Made by a program: the position numbers and the translations under genes
The notes under the pieces: generated by a model
Told to the model about the DNA's origin: nothing
The model's database searches: none
What the model saw: the letters and a program-made list of their open reading frames with translations, nothing else
Shown: piece by piece, positions 42,063 to 52,235 of the stretch
Position numbering within the stretch: position 1 is the first letter of the stretch
Layout: each line of letters starts with the position of its first letter
Source of the DNA: an uncultured Alphaproteobacteria bacterium
GTDB lineage: Bacteria; Pseudomonadota; Alphaproteobacteria; Rhizobiales; Kaistiaceae
Assembly: GCA_963762605.1 (NCBI GenBank)
Contig: CAVXLJ010000025.1
Location: 7,187 to 71,186, forward strand
Direction: 5' to 3'
DNA: 64,000 bases

Positions 42063-42401
42063 GCGCATGAGCCGCATCAGCCGTCGGATGCGCTTGGCGT
42101 TCACCGCGCGGCCCCCGTTCTGCAGGTGCCCGGTCATTTGCCGGACGCCGTGAAGCCGGGTTTTCAGGAACTACCGGTCGATGCGCTGTATCAGGGCGAG
42201 GTTCACCCCGGTCTCGCCATGCGGCGCGTAACAGGACCAGGACCGTGAGATCGACAACAGGCGGCGCGGCGCCCCGATCTTGGCACGCAGCTCCCGGACT
42301 GTCTCCTCACCGACCGCTGCCGCCTCCTTCTTGCTGCCGCGTTCGACGATGTCCGCTGCCCCTTCGAGCAGCGCCTACTTCCATTGATGGATCATCGTCA
42401 T
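42063..42401 (-). mobile_element. Degenerate IS3-family transposase remnant
   Basis: Minus-strand hand translation gives MTMIHQWK*ALLEGAADIVERGSKKEAAAVGEETVRELRAKIG, an internal deletion, LLSISRSWSCYAPHGETGVNLALIQRIDR*, then FLKTRLHGVRQMTGHLQNGGRAVNAKRIRRLMRLM. This is IS3 OrfA/OrfB-like with stops and deletions, truncated at the LacI stop. Confidence 0.65.
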
Positions 42402-42431
42402 GCGCGCCGTGTCCGGCAGCCCGTCGCTTCC

Positions 42432-43829
42432 TCACACGTGTATCGCCCGCTTGGCCACGCCCAGCGCGGCTTCTTTGACCGCTTCAGACATGGTCGGATG
42501 GGCGTGGCACGTGCGGGCAAGATCTTCGGACGAGCCGCCGAACTCCATCAGCACGGCCGCCTCGTGGATCATTTCGCCGGCACCGAAGCCAACGATATGG
42601 ACGCCGAGGACGCGGTCGCTCGCCGCGTCGGCCAGCACTTTGACAAAGCCATCGGTGTGGCGCATCGCACGCGCGCGGCCGTTGGCGGTGAACGGGAACT
42701 TGCCGACGGCGTAGGCGATCCCGGCCGCCTTCAGCTCTTCCTCGGTTTTGCCGACGCTCGCCACTTCCGGGCTGGTGTAGACGACGCCCGGAATGACGTC
42801 GTAATTCACGTGTCCTGCCTGGCCGGCGAGGATTTCGGCGAGCGCCATGGCCTCGTCCTCGGCCTTGTGTGCCAGCATCGGCCCGCGCACGACGTCGCCG
42901 ATCGCGTAGACCGTTGGCACATTGGTGGCGAAACGGCTGTCGATCTGCACGCGGCCGTGCTCCATGGCGACGCCGAGCGCCTCCAGCCCGAGACCCTGCG
43001 TGTAGGCACGGCGTCCGACCGCCACCAGCACCACATCCGCGTCAAGCGTCAGCGGCGCGCCGCCGGCGGCAGGCTCGATCGTCACCTTGACGCCCTTCTC
43101 GCCCTTCTGGACCGCGGCGACCTTGTGCGAGAGGTGGAACTTGAACCCCTGCGTTTCGAGCAGACGCTGCATCTGCTTGCCGACTTCGCCATCCATGCCG
43201 GGCAGGATGTGGTCGAGGAATTCGACGACCGTCACCGCGGCGCCGAGTCGGCGCCACACCGACCCGAGTTCAAGCCCGATGACCCCTGCCCCGACGACGA
43301 TCAGCGACTTCGGCGGCTTCGGTAGCGACAGCGCGCCGGTCGAGGAGATAACCTGATGCTCGTCGATCTCGATCCCTGGCAGCGGGGCGACATCAGAGCC
43401 GGTGGCGATGACGATCGCTTTGGCCTCGTGGATCGTCTCGGTCCCGTCCGCCCCGACGACGGCGACCCTGCCGGGCGCCGCAATCCTCGCTTCGCCTTGT
43501 AGCCAGTCGATCTTGTTCTTCTTGAACAGAAAGGCGACGCCGTTGACGTTGGCGGCCACCGTATCGTCCTTGTGCCGCATCATTGCATGAAGATCGAGTT
43601 TGGGCGGCGCGACGACGACGCCGAGCGCGCCCAAGCCGTGGCCGGCCTCCTCGAACACCTCGGACGCGTGCAGCAGCGCCTTGGAGGGAATGCAGCCGAT
43701 GTTGAGGCAGGTTCCGCCGAGCGTCTTGCGCTTCTCGACCACGGCAACCTTCATGCCGAGCTGCGCAGCGCGGATCGCGCAGACGTAGCCGCCCGGGCCG
43801 GCGCCTATCACCACAACATCGTATGCCAA
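42432..43829 (-). CDS. lpdA: Dihydrolipoyl dehydrogenase (E3)
   Basis: 465 aa. FAD motif [11 protein letters not shown], redox-active [14 protein letters not shown]-terminal HAHPTMSE. Confidence 0.93.
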   Translation of the reverse strand: MAYDVVVIGAGPGGYVCAIRAAQLGMKVAVVEKRKTLGGTCLNIGCIPSKALLHASEVFEEAGHGLGALGVVVAPPKLDLHAMMRHKDDTVAANVNGVAFLFKKNKIDWLQGEARIAAPGRVAVVGADGTETIHEAKAIVIATGSDVAPLPGIEIDEHQVISSTGALSLPKPPKSLIVVGAGVIGLELGSVWRRLGAAVTVVEFLDHILPGMDGEVGKQMQRLLETQGFKFHLSHKVAAVQKGEKGVKVTIEPAAGGAPLTLDADVVLVAVGRRAYTQGLGLEALGVAMEHGRVQIDSRFATNVPTVYAIGDVVRGPMLAHKAEDEAMALAEILAGQAGHVNYDVIPGVVYTSPEVASVGKTEEELKAAGIAYAVGKFPFTANGRARAMRHTDGFVKVLADAASDRVLGVHIVGFGAGEMIHEAAVLMEFGGSSEDLARTCHAHPTMSEAVKEAALGVAKRAIHV

Positions 43830-43974
43830 GTCGCTCTCCGTGGTTGGTCACCGCGCAGATATGGCCAGAAGAATAACGGATCGCCCGCTGTCGCCAGAAC
43901 GCGCCACAAGCCGGGCCCCTCCGGATGGAAGTCTCGGCGAAGAAGATAAATACGACCGCCAGCTATCCTCTGCT

Positions 43975-44673
43975 TCAGCCGCTGACGGACAATCCCAGTC
44001 GCCGTGAAGAATTCTGCAGGTGCGCCTTCATGGCTTGCCCCGCGCCTTGCGGATCTCTTGCCCGGATGGCGTCAAAAATGACCTCATGCTCGCGCAAGGA
44101 CACGCGAGCGGTCGAACTCAAATCAAGGCCCCTGAGGGCAACTGAGATGCTTTCCCGAAGATTTGCCGCGACGAAGGAGATGAAGATGACGACGAAGGCA
44201 TTATTGGATGCTCTCGAAATCGCCCCATGAAATCTCACATCCGCCGCCAGGAATGCTGCTTCACTGTCGGTCCCCGAGGCCAGATCCTTCAGGCTTTGCT
44301 CGATCTCGGCAAGGTCGGCGGCGTCGCAATGGCGTGCCGCCAACTCGGCAGCCCCCGTCTCCATAATCAGGCGCAACTCGTAGAGGTGCCGGAAATCTTC
44401 CGCTTTGCTGAGGGATTCCGGTTCGAGGACGAGGGAATTTGACGAGTTCGGCGACGTGACGAAAACGCCAAGTCCCTGACGCGACTTCACCAGTCCTTCC
44501 TGGCGTAACCGGGCGAATGCCTCGCGGATCACCACCCGGCTGACGCCGTGGAACTTCGCCAATTCCTGCTCGGTCGGCAGCTTGTCGCCGGATTTCAGCT
44601 TGCCAAGAATAATCTCCTTGCGCACTGCATTGGCAACGGACAGTGGCAGGGCCTGGCGGTTTGGCTCGATCAT
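43975..44673 (-). CDS. GntR family transcriptional regulator (FCD subfamily)
   Basis: 232 aa. HTH KLPTEQELAKFHGVSRVVIREAFARLRQEGLV plus an FCD domain. Confidence 0.85.
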   Translation of the reverse strand: MIEPNRQALPLSVANAVRKEIILGKLKSGDKLPTEQELAKFHGVSRVVIREAFARLRQEGLVKSRQGLGVFVTSPNSSNSLVLEPESLSKAEDFRHLYELRLIMETGAAELAARHCDAADLAEIEQSLKDLASGTDSEAAFLAADVRFHGAISRASNNAFVVIFISFVAANLRESISVALRGLDLSSTARVSLREHEVIFDAIRARDPQGAGQAMKAHLQNSSRRLGLSVSG

Positions 44674-44826
44674 CGGAATGTCGATCCCTATGGTCTCTCT
44701 GCTATCAAGTTCATGTTCTGCCTTCTCGCTTATTCCGAGCCGACAGCCTGCTCGGGCGACACATTTCAGACGCTCTCAAAAACGGATGCCGAGCGCTGCG
44801 TGAGCGGCGCCCAACGTTCGATGACG

Positions 44827-45606
44827 TCAGACCCCCAATTGAGCCCGCAGTCCGCCGTCAACCGGATAGTCCCCGCCCACGCAGAAACCGGACCGCGATC
44901 CTGCCAGATATGCAATCAGCTCCGCCACTTCCTCGACCGTTCCGATACGCCCGATCGGGTGGCTTTCGCCAAAACCTTGCAGGGTCTTCTCCATCGTCCC
45001 GCCCTCCGGGGTCAACTCCCGCGCCGCGAACTCCAGCATCGGCGTCAGAATCGATCCCGGCGATACCGAATTCACCCGGATGCCATCGTGGGCGCAATCG
45101 ACCGCCATCGCGCGCGTCAGCGCATGAATGGCCCCTTTGGTTGTCGCATAGGCCAGAACATTGCGCTGATTGCAATGGCCTTGCACCGAGGAGACGTTGA
45201 TGATGGAAGGCGACTCCCGACCTTTCATGAGGGGGTACAGAAAATGCGACATGAGATAGTAGGATCCCACGTTGTTGTTGATCGTTCGGTACCATTCCTC
45301 CGGCGACGTCGTCTCGATCGTGCCATAGGGCTGGACTCCGGCGCAGTTGACCAGGATATCCACCCCCGCCTCGCGCTGCCGCAGCTGCTCGGCAAAGCGT
45401 TCCACCGACTCCGCATCGCTGACATCCAGCTTGACCACCTCGACTGGCAAACCTTTGCAATGCTCCGCCGCGGCCGCGTTATGCTTATCGCCACGGCTGC
45501 AGAGATAGACACGAGCGCCATCCGTCGCGAGGCGCACAGCCGCTCCCAGCCCGATGCCGGCGCTACCGGTCACCACCGCCACTTTGCCCTTAAATTCTCC
45601 GACCAT
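44827..45606 (-). CDS. SDR family oxidoreductase
   Basis: 259 aa. Cofactor motif VTGSAGIGLG, catalytic YATTKGAIHALTR. Confidence 0.85.
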   Translation of the reverse strand: MVGEFKGKVAVVTGSAGIGLGAAVRLATDGARVYLCSRGDKHNAAAAEHCKGLPVEVVKLDVSDAESVERFAEQLRQREAGVDILVNCAGVQPYGTIETTSPEEWYRTINNNVGSYYLMSHFLYPLMKGRESPSIINVSSVQGHCNQRNVLAYATTKGAIHALTRAMAVDCAHDGIRVNSVSPGSILTPMLEFAARELTPEGGTMEKTLQGFGESHPIGRIGTVEEVAELIAYLAGSRSGFCVGGDYPVDGGLRAQLGV

Positions 45607-45646
45607 AACGAGACTCCCGCGTTAAGTATACTATTGTGAAGCGCGC

Positions 45647-46699
45647 TCAGGCCCCTCTGTTTCCCATGTACAGAACGCCCTCGTTGACCCGCCGATCAAC
45701 AACAACGGCAGCAATCAGAACCATGCCCTGCGCGACGTATTGCCAGAACGGTTCAACACCGGCCAAGTTGAGCCCATTCGAGAGGACGCCTACGATGAAA
45801 GCGCCGATTACTGTACCGAGGACCCGACCTTCACCACCCGACAGACTTGTGCCGCCGATGATGACCGCTGCGATCACCTGAAGCTCGAAACCAACTCCGA
45901 TATTCGGATCACCCGACCCTACGCGCGACGACAAGACAATACCGGCCAATGCTGCCATGGCCCCGCAGAAGACGTAGAGTATGATCAGGGTGCGCTCGAC
46001 ATTCACGCCCGACAGCCGGGCCGCCTCCTCGTTGCCGCCAACCGCAAAGATGTGTTTGCCGAACTTCGTGTTCGAAGTCAGCCATTGGTAGACAACGACT
46101 ACGATCGCGGCGATGACGATAGGCAGAGGGAACATACCGAAATTCGTAGTCCCGAGGTCTCCCCAGTTCGGCGGCAATCCAACAAGAATCGCGCTGGGCG
46201 TGATCAGGTACGCAACGCCGCGCGCGATATTCAGCATGCCCAACGTGACGATGATCGGACTGACGTTCATCCGGACGATGATGGCGCCGTTGAGGAAGCC
46301 GACGACGCCTCCGAACAGAACGGCCGCAAGGAACGCGAGATAGACCGGCACGCCGCTGACCGCGAGGCTCGCCGCCAGGACCGAAGCGGCCGCCAGAATG
46401 CTGCCCACCGACAAATCCAACCCCCGCGCGACCATGACCGTCGTCATCGCGCAGGCCACGATGACCAAAGGCGCGGTATTGCGCGCGACATTGGCGAAGT
46501 TGGACAAGGTCAGGAATCGATTGCTCAGCGTTCCGAACACCGCAAGCATAACCATCAGCACGAGCAGCGTGACAACCGTCTGCAAACGCTGTCGATCGCG
46601 CGCCAGCCAGGACAACATCCCGCTTTGGTGTCTCACCGTCTTGGACTCCGCAGTTGCAGCTGAAGACATTTGCACTTTGCTTCTCCCGTCTCCGATCAC
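45647..46699 (-). CDS. Sugar ABC transporter permease (RbsC-like)
   Basis: 350 aa polytopic protein. Its start overlaps the stop of the ATPase gene. Confidence 0.85.
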   Translation of the reverse strand: MIGDGRSKVQMSSAATAESKTVRHQSGMLSWLARDRQRLQTVVTLLVLMVMLAVFGTLSNRFLTLSNFANVARNTAPLVIVACAMTTVMVARGLDLSVGSILAAASVLAASLAVSGVPVYLAFLAAVLFGGVVGFLNGAIIVRMNVSPIIVTLGMLNIARGVAYLITPSAILVGLPPNWGDLGTTNFGMFPLPIVIAAIVVVVYQWLTSNTKFGKHIFAVGGNEEAARLSGVNVERTLIILYVFCGAMAALAGIVLSSRVGSGDPNIGVGFELQVIAAVIIGGTSLSGGEGRVLGTVIGAFIVGVLSNGLNLAGVEPFWQYVAQGMVLIAAVVVDRRVNEGVLYMGNRGA

Positions 46700-48219
46700 C
46701 GCGCGCTCAACATCGAGAGTTCCATGACGTCGCTTTCCGAGGAATCACCGGAGAGTTCGCCAACGACGTGGCCCTGATTGAGAACCAAAATGCGATTAGA
46801 CAGCCCAATCACTTCCGGAAGCTCTGACGAGACCAGAAGAATCGCCAGGCCGGCACCTGCAAGTTCCTGCACGGTGTTGTAGATTTCGCGCTTTGCCCCG
46901 ATATCGATGCCGCGAGTCGGCTCATCAAGCAGAAGCACGCTGGTCTGCATCAACAGCCATTTTCCCAATACTACTTTCTGTTGATTGCCGCCGCTCAGCA
47001 GGCTGACGCGCTGGTTGATCGACGGTGTACGCACATCAAGCTTCGCCACCATTTCGGTCGCCACGGTCTTCGCGCTGGAATTTTCACGGCGTCGGGCCGG
47101 AAATTCATTCCAAGGCAGCACGAGATTGTCGAAAACCGAAAGCGCCCCCACGATTCCCTGGGCGCGGCGTTCCTCCGGCACCAGAGCCACGCCAGCGCGT
47201 ATGGCCGCATGAACCGAATTTGGCTGCAACTCGACGCCGTCAATCGCAATGCGGCCTGCGCGAACCTCTTCCGCCCCGAAGATTGTCCGCAACAACTCAG
47301 TTCGACCTGCCCCGACAAGTCCGGCGACGCCCAGAACTTCACCCGAATGAACCACAAAACTAATATCGTGAAGAGCGGCTCCGGTCAGACCGCTGACTTC
47401 CAGAACCGGCTTCCCGACGTGTTGGGCCTTCGGGGGGAAAACATCGGAAAAATCCCGCCCCACCATGAGACTGACGAGTTCCCGGTTGGATGCCTCGCCG
47501 TTCTTCCGCGTGGCCACCCAGCCACCATCCTTCAAGACGGTGATCCGATCCGCGATCTCGTCGATCTCGCGCATCCGGTGGGACACGTAGATGATGCCGT
47601 GCCCTTGGGCCTTGAGTTTTGCAATTACATCGAAAAGCTTGCGCACTTCTTGCTCTTCGAGCGGCGAGGTCGGCTCATCCATAATGATGACTCGGGCGCT
47701 GGAGTTAAGCGCCTTTGCGATCATGACGGCCTGCTTCTGCGCCGATGACAGCCCAGCGACGCGCGCATGAACGTCAAGATCGTCGAAGCCTATTCCCGCC
47801 AGAATTTCGCCGGCCACCTGCTCGGCCGCGCCCACATCAAATTGTCCGAGTTTTCCCGGCTCGGCCCCCAATACGATATTCTCGGCAACCGTCAGTCCGC
47901 CAACAACACTGAGTTCCTGAAATATACACGCGATCCCGGCCGCCTTAGCCTCGCTCGGTCCGCGGAACCGGATGATTTGCCCACCCAGCTCGATCTGCCC
48001 GGAATCCGGCTGCAGTGCACCCGCCAGGATTTTCACCAGGGTCGATTTCCCGGCGCCGTTTTCGCCGATCAGGCAATGCACCTCTCCCGGGTAGAGATCG
48101 AAGCTCACCTCGGACAGCGCGCGCACTCCCGGCCATGACTTCGATATTTTGTCCACGCGCAGGAGCGGTTGTTTCTCCGAGACCTGATCGTCGTGAAGTT
48201 TCTCGGCGCTGGTTTGCAT
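46696..48219 (-). CDS. Sugar ABC transporter ATP-binding protein (duplicated ABC domains, RbsA-like)
   Basis: 507 aa with Walker A GENGAGKST and two ABC halves. Confidence 0.9.
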   Translation of the reverse strand: MQTSAEKLHDDQVSEKQPLLRVDKISKSWPGVRALSEVSFDLYPGEVHCLIGENGAGKSTLVKILAGALQPDSGQIELGGQIIRFRGPSEAKAAGIACIFQELSVVGGLTVAENIVLGAEPGKLGQFDVGAAEQVAGEILAGIGFDDLDVHARVAGLSSAQKQAVMIAKALNSSARVIIMDEPTSPLEEQEVRKLFDVIAKLKAQGHGIIYVSHRMREIDEIADRITVLKDGGWVATRKNGEASNRELVSLMVGRDFSDVFPPKAQHVGKPVLEVSGLTGAALHDISFVVHSGEVLGVAGLVGAGRTELLRTIFGAEEVRAGRIAIDGVELQPNSVHAAIRAGVALVPEERRAQGIVGALSVFDNLVLPWNEFPARRRENSSAKTVATEMVAKLDVRTPSINQRVSLLSGGNQQKVVLGKWLLMQTSVLLLDEPTRGIDIGAKREIYNTVQELAGAGLAILLVSSELPEVIGLSNRILVLNQGHVVGELSGDSSESDVMELSMLSAR

Positions 48220-48329
48220 TTGGCCTCGCGGCGGTAAAAGCGCGCCCGATGGAACCTTGGCGGTAGCATCGGGCGCGGTCAGGTCTTCATTCTCTCCGAG
48301 ATGCGGGTCTTGGGGAACTCATGAGAGCC

Positions 48330-49469
48330 CTAGCGCGGATACTCCTGCGTGACCCAATCGTGGATACCGGCAGCGGTCGGCTTGATCGGCGGGTAGCCAA
48401 CGACGATCTGCGTATCCGGCGTGGTCTCGCCCTTCACGGCGGCCCCCAACAGATTGAAGGTCGCGAGGCTGAATTCGTAAGGCGGATAGCCGCTTTCGGC
48501 TTTCAGCGGCGAATTTTCGGATCCGAGTTCAGCCATGACCGGCTCCGAACCATCGACGGAAGCGACAACGCCCCAATCCGGAGAATACAATCCCGCCGCC
48601 TTCATGGCCGCGATGGCTCCCAGCGAAGAGTTGTTGTTGATACCGAAGATGACGTTGAGTTCCGGGTGGCCTTGCAGCAAGTCGGCAGCAGCCGGATTCG
48701 CCTTATCGATCACCCCGCCGCCGTCAACCGTCTGGACCAGCTTCGCGTTCGGCAACAGAGACTTGAAGCCGTAGAGGAAGCCATTCTTGCGATCCTGCAC
48801 CTGAGGCAGCTGCGGAAGATCGACAACCCCGATATATGCTTGTTTGTCGCCAAACTTCTTCGCAAAATACCGCGCTGCATTGCAGCCAACAATACGCGGG
48901 CCGTCATAATCATTCGCGAAAACGCGCGGCGCCACGACCTGCGCCGGCTGCACGTTATAAGTGACGACGGTCAGCCCGGCGTCGAGCATGCGCTTCACCT
49001 GCGGCACAGCAGCCGCGCTGTCGAGCGGTGCAAAGGCGACCGCGTCGGGTTTGTCGGAGATGATGTCGTCGACCAGCCTCTGGACCGTGCCGGCGTCGAA
49101 ATGACCATCGTACACTTTCAGCTCAAAGCCATAGCGCGCCGCCAGCCGCTCCCAATGGCCCTTGATGGCCAAGAAGTAGGGTTGACCCAGACCCATGACA
49201 GTGAGCGCCACGCGCTTGCCCTTGAGCGGGCTGGCGTCGGGCATTTCAAGCCAATTGCCGGGCGCCGACTTGTAGCCGGTGAAGCCCGATACGGCGGCCG
49301 GTATGTCGGCGACTGCAGATGCATCGACGGGCGTGCAGACATCAGCCGAGAATGTCTCGGCGGCAATTTCGACATTTCCTGCGAGCGCGACTGACGACCC
49401 CGACGCGAATAGCAACAGCGCAGCGGCCGCCACGCCGTTCGAAAGCCAATTTCGATTTGCCATTTCCAT
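48330..49469 (-). CDS. Sugar ABC transporter substrate-binding protein
   Basis: 379 aa with a signal peptide and a periplasmic-binding type I pattern. First gene of the operon. Confidence 0.8.
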   Translation of the reverse strand: MEMANRNWLSNGVAAAALLLFASGSSVALAGNVEIAAETFSADVCTPVDASAVADIPAAVSGFTGYKSAPGNWLEMPDASPLKGKRVALTVMGLGQPYFLAIKGHWERLAARYGFELKVYDGHFDAGTVQRLVDDIISDKPDAVAFAPLDSAAAVPQVKRMLDAGLTVVTYNVQPAQVVAPRVFANDYDGPRIVGCNAARYFAKKFGDKQAYIGVVDLPQLPQVQDRKNGFLYGFKSLLPNAKLVQTVDGGGVIDKANPAAADLLQGHPELNVIFGINNNSSLGAIAAMKAAGLYSPDWGVVASVDGSEPVMAELGSENSPLKAESGYPPYEFSLATFNLLGAAVKGETTPDTQIVVGYPPIKPTAAGIHDWVTQEYPR

Positions 49470-49497
49470 CCCCTTTTTTGTTATGGCCCGATGTCAT

Positions 49498-49514
49498 TTA
49501 TCAGACATCATATG
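49498..49514. promoter_or_regulatory. Candidate GntR operator TTATCAGACATCATATG, site X
   Basis: It lies about 30 nt upstream of the SBP start. The same 17-mer occurs in inverted orientation at 50835..50851. Confidence 0.5.
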
Positions 49515-49789
49515 ACGTAGCAATAACTAAACCGGACCAAATGTCAACCGGCGCCCAATATTGACGTTGTAAACGGCGCCTGAACCGAGGTCGCGACGCG
49601 CAGCTGAATGGACAGGCGGTCGCGTCCGGGCAGTCGCGGCGGACCATGGTCTGCCAGGAAGGGCCGCGCCAACCGCAATTTCTCAACTCCGGAACCCAGT
49701 TCCTCAGCAGATCGCCAGCCGCCCGGACATGTCAGGGGAACAACAAGGCCCTCCGCGGCGCCGACACTTCTTGTTATCCCCTCGCCTTT

Positions 49790-50707
49790 TCAGGCCACCG
49801 ATCGGCTGGGATTGAACAAGTTCTCGCGCCGTCCCGTTACGCCGGGATTAAGGCGGAATAGTCCGCCGGCATCGGGACTCTTGAGGAAATCGGAAGTCTT
49901 GAAGTCGACGGTAGCCGAAGTAAACAGCAAAACATCAAGCGCCTCGCCGCCGAACGCAACACTTGACGGGCGCCGGACCGGCGTGGAAACAGTCCGCAGC
50001 AAGGCTCCCGATGGCGAATACTGCTGAATACACCACCCGTCCCATTTGGCGGTCCAAATGTTACCATCGGCGTCAATAGCCATGCCGTCAGGATAGCCAT
50101 ACGCCTCATCATGCCGGACCAAGACTTCCTGGCCCGAGAGACGCCCAGATTCCGCATCGAAATCAAATACATAAGTCACAAGACCGACGGTGTCGTTGAG
50201 ATACATCCTGGAGCCGTCGGGCGACCAGCCGATGCCGTTGGGCAGCTTCAACTCGAGCCCCATATCTTCCACGCTGCCGTCCGGATCGATCCGAAAGAGC
50301 CGACCGCCGGTGAATGCCTCGGGGCCGTAATAATCGTCGATCATCGAGTTTATCCAGAAGCGGCCGCGCGCGTCGACTGCCCCGTCATTCAGCCGATAGA
50401 TCGTTCCCGCCTGTCTTGGCGCTGCAAACGGCTGCAGCACGCCGGTCTCAAGGTGAAGCAACGAGACATTCATTCCGTTCGCCACGACAAGTTCGCCAGC
50501 GTCGATGGTCAGCCCGATGCAGCCGACGCGCTCGGGCAAGACCCACTGCCCGGTCTGCCGCGCCAGGGCCAAGTTAAACCGGCAAATGCGCTGGCGGCGA
50601 ATGTCGAGCCAAAATAGATCGCCGCTGCGCCAGTCCCAGATCGGTCCCTCGCCGAGTGTCGCATTGCATTGGTGAATGCATTGAATTTCCTGAAGATTTG
50701 GAGTCAC
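49790..50707 (-). CDS. SMP-30/gluconolactonase/LRE family protein (sugar lactonase)
   Basis: 305 aa with a six-bladed propeller pattern (GEGPIWD, DGRFW, PNGIGWSPDG, PDGMAIDADGNIW). Confidence 0.82.
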   Translation of the reverse strand: MTPNLQEIQCIHQCNATLGEGPIWDWRSGDLFWLDIRRQRICRFNLALARQTGQWVLPERVGCIGLTIDAGELVVANGMNVSLLHLETGVLQPFAAPRQAGTIYRLNDGAVDARGRFWINSMIDDYYGPEAFTGGRLFRIDPDGSVEDMGLELKLPNGIGWSPDGSRMYLNDTVGLVTYVFDFDAESGRLSGQEVLVRHDEAYGYPDGMAIDADGNIWTAKWDGWCIQQYSPSGALLRTVSTPVRRPSSVAFGGEALDVLLFTSATVDFKTSDFLKSPDAGGLFRLNPGVTGRRENLFNPSRSVA

Positions 50708-50830
50708 GTCGTCTCTCCGATCTCACCCCTTCGGCGCGGGTCTCGTTTCAGGCGTATCACCTTAGCAGCCAGATAAGACCTGTCGGGCTGGAGAACGCAC
50801 TTGGGCGTGAAGGCGATCTTCTCACTTGCC

Positions 50831-50851
50831 CAGACATATGATGTCTGATAA
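50831..50851. promoter_or_regulatory. Candidate GntR operator, site Y (palindrome CAGACAT-ATG-ATGTCTG)
   Basis: 7-bp perfect inverted arms at 50831..50847. 50835..50851 is the reverse complement of site X. It sits in the divergent lactonase / Zn-ADH intergenic region. Confidence 0.5.
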
Positions 50852-51051
50852 GACGCCGTTATGTCAAGCTGGGGACTAGGGACAGGCTGCGGACCAGGGA
50901 CTCGAAACGGCGAATTGGACTCCTTTGTCGAATGGCGCGGCAGCCACTGCGCCGCCGACATTTGCGCGGGTGCCGTAGTCGCCTTCGCCTCGCTCGACAG
51001 GCTGGTCGCTGCGCCACACCTGCGGTGCATGCGGCTGACCGCATTGATCGA

Positions 51052-52080
51052 ATGAAGGAGGCGAACCTGATCGGCGTCACCAAACGAAGCGAGGCCTGCT
51101 GCGATGTCGGCTTGGTCGAGCGGCCCGAACCCCGGTTGGCGCCGGGCATAGTCATCCTGAAGACCGCGGGCGCAGGGATCTGCGGGACGGATCTGCATAT
51201 CTTCAAGAACGAGTACAAGAGCGTGCCGCCCGTCGTCATGGGTCACGAAGTGTGCGGCTATGTCGAGCAAATCGGCGAAGGCGTCGATTCGTCTCTGATC
51301 GGAAAGAGGTTCGTTGCCGAACCATTCTACTCGACGTGTGGCCGGTGTTCTTATTGTCGTTCGGGCCAACCCAACCTCTGCCTTAGCCGCAAATCGATCG
51401 GCACGCATGTCGACGGCGCCATGGCGCCGCGCGTCGCTGTCCCGGCCATCAATCTTCACACCCCTCCGGAGTCAATGAGCGATGCGGCCGCCTCTTTGGC
51501 CGAACCTCTGGCGTGCGTCACCAATTGCCTCTACGGCGAATTTCCTTACGTCGAGCCGGGCGACGAGGTGTTGGTAATTGGCCCCGGCACCATTGGACTG
51601 CTTGCGGCGCAAGTGGCTCGGATCATGGGAGGCAATGTCGTGATCCGCGGAACCGAGCGCGATCGTCAGAGATTGGACACTGCGGAAAAGCTCGGCTTCA
51701 AGATCAGCCTCGTTGGGGATGACTTGCCAAAAGACAGCGTCGACGTCGCGATCGAATGTTCCGGCAACGCGCATGGATACGCTGAGGCGCTGCAATTTCT
51801 GAGCAAGACGGGCCAGCTGATCCAATTGGGGCTTGCGGGCACCGACCTCACTCTTCCCATGGATCTGGTCTGCTACAAGGAGATCGCGATTACCTCCGGT
51901 TTTGGTTCAACACCCCGTTCATGGCGACGGGCCCTGAAGCTGATGCACTCGGGGAAACTCGATCTGCAGATCCTGGTGACCGCCGTACTACCTCTTTCCA
52001 AATGGAAGGAAGCGTTTGATCGCGGCTTCGCACTCGATGGCATCAAGTTTGTTCTCGATCCCCGGCTCGACGCACGATGA
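51052..52080 (+). CDS. Zinc-dependent alcohol/polyol dehydrogenase (butanediol/sorbitol dehydrogenase-like MDR)
   Basis: This is the MKEANLIG... part of ORF 50932..52080. Catalytic GICGTDLH...GHEVCGYV and the structural-zinc CGRCSYCRSGQPNLC are present. Confidence 0.82.
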   Translation: MKEANLIGVTKRSEACCDVGLVERPEPRLAPGIVILKTAGAGICGTDLHIFKNEYKSVPPVVMGHEVCGYVEQIGEGVDSSLIGKRFVAEPFYSTCGRCSYCRSGQPNLCLSRKSIGTHVDGAMAPRVAVPAINLHTPPESMSDAAASLAEPLACVTNCLYGEFPYVEPGDEVLVIGPGTIGLLAAQVARIMGGNVVIRGTERDRQRLDTAEKLGFKISLVGDDLPKDSVDVAIECSGNAHGYAEALQFLSKTGQLIQLGLAGTDLTLPMDLVCYKEIAITSGFGSTPRSWRRALKLMHSGKLDLQILVTAVLPLSKWKEAFDRGFALDGIKFVLDPRLDAR

Positions 52081-52235
52081 GCGCGCCATCGGACGATGTC
52101 TTCGATCCCTTTCCGCGGTCGACGAGGATTTCGACTTGGAGTGACGGCCTGGCGCCACGATTTTGGATCATCCATCTTCTTTCGGGCACGCCCGTTGCGG
52201 TGCCGTAACACAAGAGCCGAGCCACAGGATCAAAC

